From the human T2T-CHM13v2.0 reference genome, Homo sapiens: 64,000 nt of DNA. A model generated the notes under the pieces. That model made no database searches. It had not been told where the DNA came from and saw only the letters and a program-made list of their open reading frames with translations. The stretch's first letter is position 1; every line of letters starts with the position of its first letter. The translations under genes were made by a program, and so were the position numbers. The stretch is from the NCBI RefSeq assembly GCF_009914755.1, contig NC_060930.1; one strand, given 5' to 3'. Shown here piece after piece: positions 1-63,629 of this stretch.

Positions 1-23
1 AGAATGAAAGAATGATCTTTTAC

Positions 24-911
24 CTGGGTCCATGGGAATAGAGCTGTGGTTGTTCAACGCTGTAGCTCCCTCCTCATCTTCATCTTCACTCTCTAATGGT
101 GGGTCTGGCAAATGAAGCCCCAGGGCCTGCAGAGCCACAGAAGACCGTTTGGGTCTAGGCTTTCAGGGAGCCCAGCTTCACCTGTTCAGGAACCATCCCT
201 CCTCCACCCTACCTGGATTCGATCCTGGATGTCAGCAACTACATCTCCATCCCCCACTGGTGCCAGTTCCACCTCCTCTTGTTCAGGATCTTGGTTCAGG
301 GGCTGGTAGGAGTAGCCAGCTGGGCCCGACCCCGTTTCCTCCTGCTCTTCCTCAGGCTCCTCACTGCTCCAATCCCCAGTGCCTTCTGAAGGGCCCTGAT
401 GTCCCAGTTCCTCAGTCTGATTGGGGAAGATACGCTCAGGGCCCATGGTGTCTCCTCCTAGAACTACTGTTGCCATCCGGGCAGGGGCTGCAAGAACAGG
501 GAGGCGGTAGGACAGGGATCGGATGAAACCAGGCCCATCTTCATCCTCTCATCATCTCCTTGTAGTCTCCTGCGTGCAAAAAACCAGCTCCTCCCCGAGG
601 CTCCTGCATCCTCCACCCCTCCGCCCCAATTCCAGCCTCTCGTTCCTCCCCCTCCTAAGTCGGGGTTCTTATCTTGAACCAGGCCCCACCAACTTGCTCC
701 GCCACTTCCTAGTTAAACGCCCAACCGGAGGCCCTGCCACCTCCTAAAAGACACCCCTTCCAGAACCCCGGCTCCCCGCGCCACGCCTCCCCCGCGACTT
801 GGGAACTCTGGGTCATCAGACTCCCCTAAACAGGTCGGCGTACCCGCCCCCTTCTCCCCTCTCCTAGAGGACCCCCTCTGTACCGCCTGACAGATGCCTT
901 TCAGGCCCCAT
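24..911 (-). CDS. MEA1: Male-enhanced antigen 1, coding exons 1-3 (3' end beyond left edge)
   Basis: Exons 911-884 (MGPERHLSG), 487-213 ([28 protein letters not shown]...DIQDRIQ) and 126-24 ([34 protein letters not shown]). All introns GT-AG and in frame; acidic protein recognised as MEA1. Confidence 0.95.
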
Positions 912-1450
912 GGGCTCCCCTCAAATGGCCCCAGCTGCAGCGTCCCCCACCCGCCCCCATCCGAATCCCGGCGCCGGTGTTCCCGCGCGCCTCACCCGCT
1001 CAGAGCCCGCGGCCTCCACTTCCGGCGGGGCAGGACGTGCAGAGGTGCCTAGTCCTCCAGCCCCGCCCCATATCCATGATTGACGCTGGCGAGGACGAGG
1101 AGTCCGCCCCTTGCCCCGCCTCCGTCATTCCCAGCCCAAAAAACAAAGGACTGCATTACCCAGTGGCCTCCTCGGTCTCGACACATATTTGCACATGCGC
1201 AGAATCTCTCCTACGCCCCTGCCCACTCCTCAGCCCTCTCGTCCCTCAGGAAACGTATGGACTACAAGTCCCGAAATGCCTCCGGCACTTAGCTACGACT
1301 GCACGTGCGCGCACAGCTGCCCGCCGGAAGAACCGAGCTTGGCTGTGTTTATCTCGTTGGGGACTAAGGCGTCGGTTGGCGCGCAACGGGTTCTAGGCTG
1401 CAGGCAGCTCGAGGACCCGCGGCCCCGCCCCGGCTCGGCCTGGCAGGTAG
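750..1450. promoter_or_regulatory. CpG-island bidirectional promoter shared by MEA1(-) and KLHDC3(+)
   Basis: CpG-rich with divergent first exons. ETS ACTTCCGG 1018-1025 and CCGGAAG 1324-1330; NRF1-like TGCACATGCGCA 1190-1201; ZNF143 SBS-like ACTACAAGTCCCGAAATGC 1261-1279; E-box CACGTG 1302-1307; KLHDC3 non-coding exon 1 donor CAG|GTAGCC at 1446. Confidence 0.85.
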
Positions 1451-2665
1451 CCTGGGATGGGTAGAAGGGCAAGGGAGAATTAGGGGGCTTAGGACGTGCT
1501 GTCTGGAGCTGGAGTGGCGGGGGAGGGGCCTGAGAGTGATGAGGTGGGGGTGGGGAGGGAGCTGGGGGATGATGGGAAAGGAGAGTGTTAATGGGGAAAG
1601 CAGGGCTAGGGGAGGATGGCGAGGAGATGGGTAGGAGAGACCTGGTGTCTGGAGGAAGCAATGAAGGAAATGGGAAGGAAGACTGGGCCATGAAAACAGG
1701 GAAGCTGAGCATAATGGAAGGGGAGGGGTGTCTGGCGTGGTGGGCTAGGGGAGGCCGGAATGTCTGGAAGAAGACAGGGATAGAGTCATATGCAGAGAGG
1801 GGTATCGTGGTCAGTGCATGCTAATTTTTCTTTCCTTAGTGGAGGTGGGAAAATGGAGGGCTGTTGGGTGGAGCTTGGAATGGTAGGAGAAGGAAAAATG
1901 AGAAAACTGCAAAGCTCTCACGAGATCAAGAAGGGCGAGAAATGGGGAATAAAAAATGCAAGAGACCAGGCGGGTAGATACATTAAGGGAATAGAAGAAG
2001 TTTGAAAATGCTTGGTGGTGATGGAGGACTGGGGAGACCCAGGGATAAGAGGAGCCCCTGAGCGCCTGGGGGCTTGTTCTCCTTGAATTTGAGTTGTTTA
2101 TATGGCAGAGAAACTAACATTTTTTTTCTCCACCTTTGGCTGGAATTGCTTATCTCCTCTCCTGTGCATATTTTACTTTACCTTGACATATCTGAAGGGA
2201 AGAATAGAGAATATAAGGGAGGATGGAAGACTTCCATTCTTAAGCCCATCGACCTCCTAACAGTCTCCACAAGCCCAGACCCAAGATATTTTGGAGAGCG
2301 GGAGTAATGAAGTGAGAGTAGCTTCCTGCTGGGGCTATTTCAGGATGGGTCCCATGGCTATTTAAAGCTTAGGGTGTGGAGTTGGGGGAGGTTGGGTGGG
2401 TGGGACTAGCAAGCCAGCTGAAAGCCATGTCTCTTTCCTGCAAGGGGCCTCCCTTATTTGAGCTGTTTTAGTGCCTGAGGTTTTGCCTGGCCCTTTCCTC
2501 TGCCAGGGCTTCTTAAACAGGGAGCAGATGATGATACACCCAAACTCAGGAGATGCTTGCCAGCAAAAGCATTGTCAGTTGCAAGGATTTGCCTGAAAAA
2601 ACCTCAGATGTACCCAGGTGTACGTGCCACTAGGTTGACAGGTTGTGTTTAAGAGACCATGACCA

Positions 2666-3331
<666 letters not shown>

Positions 3332-4291
3332 CCTTCCCCTTTGCATTGCACACTCCCACCTCTATCCGCCTTTCAGGAACCCAAGTTGTGGAAGAGCTTG
3401 TTCTCTCTTTTCTACTGGAAATGGCTTGTTCTCTACCACAGTAGCAGGGATGGGGAAGTGGCAGGAGGAGAAAACCCCTCCCTCTATCACCATCCCCCAA
3501 GCCTAAGCATACACATACCTTTCTGGCTTAAGTCCTGGCAGCATACCAGGCACAGCTGTCAAAGGAACTCCTTGTGCCTGTGGGGGGCCCTGGGTGACCC
3601 CAATGACAACAACTCAGCTTGACAGGAGCTCCCTGTGAGGGGCTAACCAACCGCGGTAACATGGAGGTCCCTGTCCTGGATCAGTCCCGCCCTATCTTGG
3701 GTAGGGGGATTGTTCCACTCTAAAAGCCTGAAAGCTTTTCTGCTTTGAGGCACTCATGCCAGCTTTCAATGGACTGTTTGAGGCTGGCTGGGCTATTAAT
3801 AGCTGTGAGTATTTTGAGATCCCTTTCCCCACCTCAAAGAACACAGATTCTTAGAGAGGTGGCAGTAAGCAGAGCAGAGACAAGAGAATATACCGTTTGG
3901 GAAGGGGGCTTCAAGTTTGTGCCAAGCCAGGGACAGAGTGGAGCCTCCACGAGTAGGTTGTGACCATGATATGCAGATTCTGAGCTGGCAATCAGGTGGG
4001 GGTGGCCCCACCCTTCACTGTTGGAGAACACTGGGCCCAGGCTGCTCCCTGACCTCGGCAGCTCCCTTGGGGCAGGGCCAGCCACCTGAGCTGAGACTAG
4101 TGCCCCTGTGGAGGGGTAGTGTGGGAGGGCCCCCAGGGTGACACTTGGAGGCAAAGGCTGGTTCTGGGCAGAGTCACAGTGAGCTGGGCAGAAGCCTCGC
4201 CTGAGGATCCCGTGGCCCCAATTTGTGTGCAGATAGCAGAGGCAGCAGGCCGTGCCGGGGGGGCATGTTGCTGTAACCAGTGGCCCAGGGG

Positions 4292-7832
<3,541 letters not shown>

Positions 7833-8378
7833 GAGGAAGTTTCTGCCACCTCCCCTCCTGAGCCTGCTGTCATCTTCACTGCCCCTGCCCATCTGTCACC
7901 CACCTGCTCCTTTGACCCCTGGACTTGGTATACCTCCATGTGGAGTTGTTGGGCGAGAGGTGTTCTCTGTGCTGTGAATTCAGTGGGGAGCTGTAGCGGG
8001 GTGGGGGCTAGGTTCCTCCCCCCTTGGGCCGAGGGCCCCTTCCCCTTGGTGCTCTGTCCCCATCCACCTCCTTTCAGCTGCTCCTGGGCCTCAGCTCTGC
8101 CCAGGGCCAGCCAGGTTCTGCTGGGAAGGGAAGGGAATGGGGAGAAGGGAGAAGCAAGCAGTGTCTGAGCCTCAGGAGCTTCCCCCTCCCCCTTTGCCTA
8201 TTCCCTCCCCTCTGCTTGAGCCTTGAGCCTTGACTGGGAGCTGAAAGGAGTTGCAGCTGTTGGCATGAGACCTCCTTCTCCCCGTCTTGGGGAGGTGGGG
8301 ACCAGCAGATAAATCCCACCCTTCCTTGAGCTGTCGCTGTACTCTGAAGTTCAGCCAGCTCAGATTTTATAAAAATTA

Positions 8379-8384
8379 ATTAAA
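8379..8384 (+). terminator. KLHDC3 polyadenylation signal ATTAAA
   Basis: ATTAAA about 550 nt after the stop codon, followed by a GU-rich element (gtgttgtgtgtttttgtg, about 8395-8412). Confidence 0.75.
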
Positions 8385-8753
8385 ATCTCCAAACGTGTTG
8401 TGTGTTTTTGTGGAATACGGTGGAGAAGGCTGGAGTTTGCAGTGGGGGCAGGGTGCCGAGGACAAGCACCCTGAGGTTCTGGCTTCTCAGCCAAGGGTAT
8501 TAGGAAACCAAATGCCACCAAGGCCTGGTCCAAGCTTCTCGGGCGTGGAACCCAGCACCCTGCGACTCGGGCAGAAGGTTGCGACAATGTCTCCAGAGCG
8601 GGCTATCCTTTGGGCCCGGCTCCCTGGCCCTCGACCGCGCAGTTTTCTGCCCATTCGTCACCACGTTGAGACCGGGAACGCCGGAAGAGGCGGGGCAGGG
8701 GCTGCCGTGAGCGGAAGCGGCGCCATTCGTCTTCCGAGCGCTACTGCCAGCTG

Positions 8754-16326
<7,573 letters not shown>

Positions 16327-16679
16327 TAAGGAACTATCCTCTGCTCTGCCACTGCCCCAGGGAGACATGGATCTGTGAGGACAGATTTGGCCACGGCTGG
16401 TTTCCGTTCAAGGGCAAGGATCACAGCTGCCCTTGAATCTCATTGCCTCAGAGAAGACTAGAGGGCTCTTGGACTATCCCTAGGGCTACACAAGAATAGT
16501 TCAGCCTTCTGCCATGCCACACAGCCTCAGCTTGAATCTGGTTCATTGCGTCCTCGTGTTCTTCTCTCATCCTTGCCTTAAACCAGGGATTCTGATACCG
16601 AAGAAGAGGGGCCAATGAAAACCATGGAGTCTGTTCGTGACTCCCAGGGCTGGGACATTATGTAGGAGCCACTTCATAA

Positions 16680-17017
<338 letters not shown>

Positions 17018-17093
17018 TTAAGGCCTCTGCTTTTATGTGGGATTTGTGGGTAGCCTAGAACTACTTTTTAGTGGGCCACATATTGGGATAGGC

Positions 17094-17099
17094 AATAAA
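17094..17099 (+). terminator. Probable RRP36 poly(A) signal AATAAA
   Basis: First canonical AATAAA seen after the stop codon, downstream of the 3'UTR antisense Alu. Confidence 0.6.
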
Positions 17100-17376
17100 G
17101 CCTAAGGCATCTACAACTGGGAAGTCAGATCAGAAACCCCTCCCACTTAAATCTGGGCCCCTCAAGGATGACAAGATCATTTAGTGGGTGAACCAATCCC
17201 ACAACTCCCCTACTTGGCTTTGGTTTTGGATGCAAGGGATGTTAAGAGGTAGGGATATAAAGCTTCCATGGTAATATACAAGCACAGCTGGCCTTCAGTA
17301 CTGTTTGGGACAAGAGTTTATAACCCATGTGGTCTGGAAAATCCTCAGGCTGATAACTTAGTTTAAAATAGTCTCA

Positions 17377-22278
<4,902 letters not shown>

Positions 22279-23289
22279 TATTGCTGGAGACTTTTTCCAT
22301 CGCAGATGAGCAGGAAGGTACCCCATGGGAGACTGGCAAGGTGACTGAGTAGGATGCCCAGGGGCTGATGAGGGCAGTAAGTTCAAGGCATAGCCTACAG
22401 CTCAGCCCATGGAGGAGGCCTCGGGACAGTAGCAGAACGGGGCTGTAGTGCAAGTAAATCCTATCGTCTGACCCTATATGCACTTCATGCTGGCCTGACT
22501 ACTGGACCCCACAGCAGGAAGCTTCTTTGAGTTTCTGGTGGAGAAGGATAATCTTATAAAAAGCAAGAAAGTCCAGAGAAGGGCAGAAAGCTCTGGCACT
22601 TGAGAGTGAGCACAAGAATATTGGGCCTGGGCCAATAAAAGCCTATAATCTCTGGTACCAAGGTGAAGAGGCACTAAGTGACCAGCTGCAGCAACCCCAG
22701 TGTACCTGGGCCCACTGTGCTGGGCCCCCAGCCTGCTGCTGCTGCCTGTCTGGACTCTGCCCCAAAGGGCAGCTGTCACTCAGCAGGCTGGCCCCTGCTG
22801 TGAGAGCTACCGACACCATGGGACCAACACTGCAAAGCAAGCACTACGGAGCCCCTCTGCCCTCTGTATTATAGCCTCATCCTGAGCAGCCTGACTCTCC
22901 CACAAGCCATGGCCTTTTTTCCCCTAGACTCCAAATCTCAGTCCTGGTGGCACTCAGTTCTCTCTGTCTGGCTTCTGTGCCCTCCTTTACCACCTGACTC
23001 TTCCTCATCCCCCTTCCCCCTCCTTCCATAGCTTTTTCTGTCACCTCTGGGCTACGAGCCTCGGGATGCCTGGGTCATCCCTCCTTTCCTCCTCCCCAGT
23101 AGCCCTGCCAAGACACAGAGCTGCACCTTTGGCACAGGATCCCCTGGCCTGACCTGAGCTGCCCTGCTTCAGCAGGGGTGGTGCCAATGGAGCCAATTAT
23201 AGTAGCACAAGCAAACCTCCCCAACAGCAGCAGGGCAGAGGCTCACCTATGGGGGTAGTTAGGGGTAGGAGTTTTTGCCTTTCTGAAAT

Positions 23290-23905
<616 letters not shown>

Positions 23906-24719
23906 AGGGGTAGGAGTTTTTCTTTCTTTCTTTTTTTTTTTCTTGTTCTTCCAAATCCCTCGTTTTGAGAATCAAGGGGTAGGAGTTTGATGACAGCGTG
24001 TGCAGCTCTGCAAGGACAGAGAAGGGGTGGAGGCAGAGGAGGGGAAGAAAGGGGCAAAACGGAGGAGCTTGTGGGAGTAAGAACTGTGCTAGAACAGTTC
24101 TTTCTGGGCCTATGCCATCAGATGGAATACACATTCAGGTTGCTGGGTGCCTGCAGTGGCCACAGGGGTCACTGACCTCACCTTCATCATGTCAGTCTTA
24201 CTTAGGGAAGGCACCAAGGAACCACATTCACTGTTGGCAATGGTGGCCAAAATAGAGACTCACTGGCAATGCCTTCATTCACCACGTCAAATGCTTCCAT
24301 ACCTGTTACTTGTCGCAGTCCCACAGTGACTGGGCCAGTTCCACAAACGAGGAGAATTAAACCCTGCTCGATAATCTGCCCAAGTTACAAACCATCTGGT
24401 GAGTGGCCAAGTTGGGCTTGGATCTCCAGCCTGCCAGATGAAAGCACTTCTGACCACACACCCTCTGAGAAGGGGCTGAGTGCCATCATCCTGCCTGGTC
24501 CTCTCAATCTCTCTGCCTAGAGGGGGTGCTAAGTCACACCTGACTCCCTCTGCCTTTCTCCCAGTCTACCATCCTCACCCTAACAAGACCCTTGGCATAT
24601 CATGCGACAGCCTCAGTGCCAAGGGCTCCTTCTCCACCAGCAAGGAAAACCCTCCCACCTCCCCACTCAAATCTCTAGCAGTCGCCAAACACACACGTCA
24701 TATAATCAAACTCTTGGGT

Positions 24720-24725
24720 TTTATT
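24720..24725 (-). terminator. CUL7 poly(A) signal AATAAA
   Basis: TTTATT on the + strand, about 50 nt past the CUL7 stop codon. Confidence 0.8.
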
Positions 24726-24771
24726 TCTGTAAAAGCTCCAGCTCTACCTTCCCCTGACCCCAAGTCTAGGG

Positions 24772-40168
<15,397 letters not shown>

Positions 40169-40599
40169 TTACAAGTGAATCCCAAGGCCTTGGAACAGGC
40201 AGCAACCTATGGGGTATGTGAAGCCCAGAGGGGTATGTTTGGGAGGGAGATCGTGAGTGTGTGTGAAAAGGGGTGCTGTCTCTAAGGATTGGAGCATGGG
40301 AGTGCGAGACCCAAGTTAAGAGTCCCGAGATCGCAGAGTTAAGAGACCTGAGAACTGGTGGTGGAGTGGGAGGGCAAGGCGCGATGGACTAGGAGGAGGC
40401 ACTGGTGGGTTGGAGGCGCCTCCGACTGGAGCAACTGGAACAAGAGGGCTGGTGAGGGCGCCGCGAGACCCAGGGCAGGGTGCACAGACCAGGTAGGCGA
40501 GGGGCTTGGGGACCGAGGTTGGAGACTGGAGAAGCCAGGGGCGCGCGGTAAGGTGGGGGAGAGGGGATTAGGCCCCATAAGCTAGAACCCCGAGGCACG

Positions 40600-41110
40600 G
40601 TAGGATGGGGACCGAGGTTGGGTGAGCGCGAGGCTCGATGGGCTAGTGGGCAGGGAAGGAGAAGCAAGGGGCCGCGGTGGGGCTCTGGCCACCTCAGAAG
40701 TCCACCGGGGTCCTGGCGCGAGGCCTGTCCTTCACAGAGCAAGGGACGCGGCACAGACGCTGGCGGCGACTTGGGCCCCACCTGGGCCCCGCGAGGGGGT
40801 CGAGACGGAGAGACGGGAGGGGGCGTGCCTCCGCGGAACAGAGCTGCACCCGCGTGAGTCGGCAGCCACTGGGGCAGGGTGGGGCCCGGTCCCTGCCAGC
40901 GGCTCCGCCAGCCAAAAGCCACGGCTCATTTCCGCCCGACCCAGCGGAAAGCTAGGGGCCCTGGGAGAGCGCCGGGGCGGAGCCGAGGATGCCACCTTGG
41001 CGACGCAGCACCTCCTTCTTTGCGCCGCCCTTTCCTCTTCCTTTAGTCCTCCCTCCTGCGGAAGTGCCCTCCCCGTTTCCCAAAGTCAGAACTGGAAAAG
41101 ACCTTGGACG
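40600..41110 (-). promoter_or_regulatory. CUL7 CpG-island promoter
   Basis: CpG-rich; GC box GGGGCGG near 40974; ETS GCGGAAGTG 41058-41066; lies just downstream of the MRPL2 poly(A) site. Confidence 0.75.
40782..40929 (-). CDS. CUL7: CUL7 exon 1 upstream in-frame ATG (N-terminally extended isoform, MSRGFWLAEPLAG...)
   Basis: 148 nt plus the first 8 nt of exon 2 (acceptor 39867) add 52 codons in frame with the ATG at 39859; donor CAG|GTGGGG at 40782. Confidence 0.7.
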
Positions 41111-41323
41111 TCATTTATTTCCATCCCCGGCTCCATTACTTGTAAGGGAATTGGGGTGGGGACAGACCCAGTGTCCTGTACTTTCTCTTCCACACTTTTT
41201 ACTTCTTTTCCCCACGTTTAGTCTGTACCATCCCCTCCCCCGCAAAAAAAAAACAACAAAAAAAAAAACAAAAAACACCCAAAACAAAACCACAGTAACA
41301 GATTAAAACGGGGGGGGGGGCAT

Positions 41324-41329
41324 TTTATT
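41324..41329 (-). terminator. MRPL2 poly(A) signal AATAAA
   Basis: TTTATT 14 nt past the stop codon; U-rich downstream element (A-rich on the + strand, about 41243-41289). Confidence 0.8.
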
Positions 41330-41343
41330 AGAGTACAGGGATA

Positions 41344-47200
<5,857 letters not shown>

Positions 47201-47280
47201 CATCATCGGGCATTGTGGAGGCACCCTACGGTGATTCCTCTCAGAGCCTGTTTGTAGGTGACCGTGACAGAGACAAAACC

Positions 47281-47309
47281 ATGGAAGTGACTGGGTTTGG
47301 AGTGACCAG
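47281..47309 (+). CDS. KLC4: KLC4 alternative upstream coding exon (MEVTGFGVTR; +18 aa isoform)
   Basis: ACCATGG Kozak at 47281; 29 nt plus 25 nt of exon 2 (acceptor 48382) give 18 codons in frame with the ATG at 48407. Confidence 0.65.
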
Positions 47310-48406
47310 GTGTTCCTCCCTCCCCTTTCCCAGACACGCCTCTTGCTGTAGGTCTCTGGTTAAGTCTCTCTCTCTCATTCCCTTCCTGGGAGACAGTAGC
47401 TCCCTAGGCCTGCAATGAGGGAGGCTGGCTTGGGGAAGGAGACGGGAATTGGGCGTCTTTGAAGACCTGTGGGCAGAGGGAGGGAGGGAGGGTGTTTGTC
47501 CTGGGTGGGGCTCTGGGCCAGGTCCTCTGGGTAGCTGTGAAGTGGTGAAAGAAGGGGTGGGAACGCTGGACTTCTGGACTTTGGGCAGGGCAGATCCTCT
47601 GACTCTCTGGCTGCAGAACAGTTTCTTCCGTGCTCTGGCCTGAGTGCCACAGCCAGGGCCTCTGCTCTGTACACAGGTAAGAAGGCTTCAAAGATGAGAA
47701 ACAAGACCCCTCTGAGGAAGTGGGAACACAGTCTGAGTCCTGGGGGGTGGGAAGTATGGGTTGAAGGTTAGTGGGAAAATATGCAGGGCTGACCAGGTTT
47801 GGAGATGCTGGGCTTAGTTCTGCAGGTGATGCAGCCTGAAGACCTTGAGCTTTCTGGGACCCTGTAATGTGGATCCTGCAAGGAAGGCTCTTGTTTTCTT
47901 CTTTTCCCTTTCTTCCCTGATTTAACTTTGCAGAGATTCCTTCCGTTTTTTCTAGACCCCTGCATTATTTTCTGCATATCTCCCACTTTAACCCTGTGCC
48001 ATTTGCAGCTCTCCCACAGACCTTCTGTGATCCCCATAGTGCTGTCTCTCATCCCTTGATTCCTTTTCCTAACTCAGGCTGTAACTGCTTTTTTGTTCTT
48101 TTCCTAAGTCCTAAATCCTTCTGCTAGTTCTAAGCACCTTTGTTCCTACTATAGTCTTCCTTTATTTAAGTCAGTTCATCTCCCTCTCGCTTTGCCCACA
48201 ACCTTAGCTTTGAGTTTAGTGATCTAAGCTCCCTGCCTGCTGGTCACTCTCTCTCTCCAGCTAAGCCACAGGGTCACTCTTACTTTTGTCCCTTCACTTG
48301 GATTCCCACCACTCTCTGAGAAAGTTGCTCAGCTTCTCTGTCTCATCTTTACACCAGCTGAACTCTGTTGTTTCTCCCTAGACCGGGCAAGGTCCCCCAG
48401 GCCAGG

Positions 48407-61418
<13,012 letters not shown>

Positions 61419-61817
61419 CATTCAACCCGGCCCCCAGGTCTGCTGGGTCCCCCCACCCCCACAGCCCTCACAGCATTCCCCATTGCTCCTGGCTCTTCCC
61501 CACCCCTAGGTGGGACAGTGAAGGGGAGCAGTTTAACCAGAAGATTGCTGCTGCCCTTAGGGTCTCAGCTCCCTCCTCAGGAATCCCTCTTAGGAAGGAC
61601 CCTCAGGACACCCTCTCTGCACCCTGTGGTCCTCTAGAGTAGCTAGCTCTGAGGCCCCAAGGTGGGTACAAAGCAGGTATGGCCCTCAGAGATGCAGCCT
61701 GCTGCTGGCTTTTCAGTCAGAGGGTTGGGGGCTGGCCAGCCAAGCTGCCTTGCCCTGGCCGCTCTTACTCCCTCCCTCTGCTGTCTCACTTCAGGTCCAT
61801 GTATTTCACTTTTCTTA

Positions 61818-61823
61818 AATAAA
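61818..61823 (+). terminator. KLC4 poly(A) signal AATAAA
   Basis: AATAAA about 400 nt after the stop codon, followed by U/GU-rich sequence. Confidence 0.75.
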
Positions 61824-63234
61824 AGAATCAGGTAACCTTTCTGTGACTTGAGTCCTGATTGAAGAGGGTATGAAGCAGGGCTTGTGTTGGGGCCCTTCAC
61901 AGAAGGTGAGGGGCAGTGATGGATGGAGCAGCAGGAGGAGTGTTGATTCTTGGATCTCTCCTCTCTTCCTCCCGTTGTTTGTATCATCTCCAGCAGGGCC
62001 TGTAGGAAGGCATCTGGGGGATGGGGAAGAAGGAGGCTCACAACCCAAGGAGAAGGTGCTGTGGACTGGGTTGTCAGGGACATGTGGTGGCCATGTGGCA
62101 GGACCCTGGAGTCCTGGCGCCACTTCTCCTGGCTGTGAGGCCCTCTGTGGCTGCCATTCCTCCTCCCAGCTGCTTGGGGGAAGGGAGGTCTAAACAGGCC
62201 TGGGGGGCCCTCCGGAACCAGAGGGGAGACAAGGCACTATCCATCCCCTCTCAGCATATCTTGGAGGCCTGAGCAGCAGCTGGGGCCCATCTTCTAAAGC
62301 TTGACTCCTCCTGACCCGCCTCCTACACCCCTTGCTGCTTTCACAACAAAGAAAGAATGTGGGGGTGGTGGCGCTGGGGGTGGGGGTGCCTGGAACAAGG
62401 GTTGTGCTGGGCCTCCCCACAGCTGGAGACTTGGCCATACCCTGACACAGCCCAGACTGCCTGGAGATGGACTTGGGATGAATTTGTCAGTTAGCAGACT
62501 TCAGCCTGGCTTTCAGAGCCCAGCGTGTTTCTACCTTTGGGTTCAGATTGGTCTACAGCCAAACCAGACCCCAGTCATGCACACTTCAGCCCCTCTCCGG
62601 GCTACACAGCATCTTCAGGTTACTTGGGGACATTAAGGACACCCTGCTGTTCTGGGTCTGCCGTTAAGATTTTGGGTTGCTGAAGAGTTGGCGGGGCCCG
62701 CCTCTTCCCCTGCCCCCACCTGGAGAATTCTGGGGGAACTGTTGGCCAGAGCCTCCAGGTATGCCCAGAATGGACCATTCTCCCCAGGGTCCACGGAATC
62801 GCACAAGTCACTTAGGTTCTCCCGGATCCCTGCAGAGTCGGTGGTGGGTACAGCAAATACTCAGGTCCCCTGCACTTCCCTGAGCCTTGCTCTCTCTATT
62901 CTCCATCCCTCTCCAGACCCCTCCCCCTACTGAGCTCCTCCCCGCCTCGGCGAGGAGGGGGCGTCGAGGGGGCGGGGCGCCGTGCGGGGGCCGGAGGGGA
63001 GGGGGCGTCGTGGGGCGGGGCTTGGCGGCGGCGGCGGCGGCGCGCGGGGACTCGGAGGTACTGGGCGCGCGCGGCTCCGGCTCGGGACGCCTCGGGACGC
63101 CTCGGGGTCGGGCTCCGGCTGCGGCTGCTGCTGCGGCGCCCGCGCTCCGGTGCGCTCCGCCTCCTGTGCCCGCCGCGGAGCGCAGTCTGCGCGCCCGCCG
63201 TGCGCCCTCAGCTCCTTTTCCTGAGCCCGCCGCG

Positions 63235-63313
63235 ATGGGAGCTGCGCGGGGATCCCCGGCCAGACCCCGCCGGTTGCCTCTGCTCAGCGTCCTGCTGCTG
63301 CCGCTGCTGGGCG
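63235..63313 (+). CDS. PTK7: Inactive tyrosine-protein kinase 7, exon 1 (signal peptide)
   Basis: GCGATGG start; MGAARGSPARPRRLPLLSVLLLPLLG signal peptide; donor G|GTGAGT at 63313. The rest of the gene is beyond the right edge. Confidence 0.92.
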
Positions 63314-63629
63314 GTGAGTACCCGAGAGTTGGGGGCACAGAGCTTGGGAAGCGCGGGAGTCCCGTGGGCAAAAGGCTGCGCCCGGGGCGGTGGGTTTGGG
63401 CGGCTGGAACGGCCCTGGAGTAGTGGAGAGGCTCGCTGGGGGTGCAGGCTTGCGGCGGAAGGGCGCAAGGAGCCCGGGTGTCGGGAGGCTGGCGAAGCCT
63501 CCAGGGACGCGGTCAGGGTACCCCTCCCACTCGCGCCGCGGGGACGCATTTCCAGCCTCCCTGAGTTTTTCTGGTCTGAGCCGAGAGTTTGCTCGAGAAC
63601 TGCCGAGAGTTGCTGGCTCTCGGGCCCAG

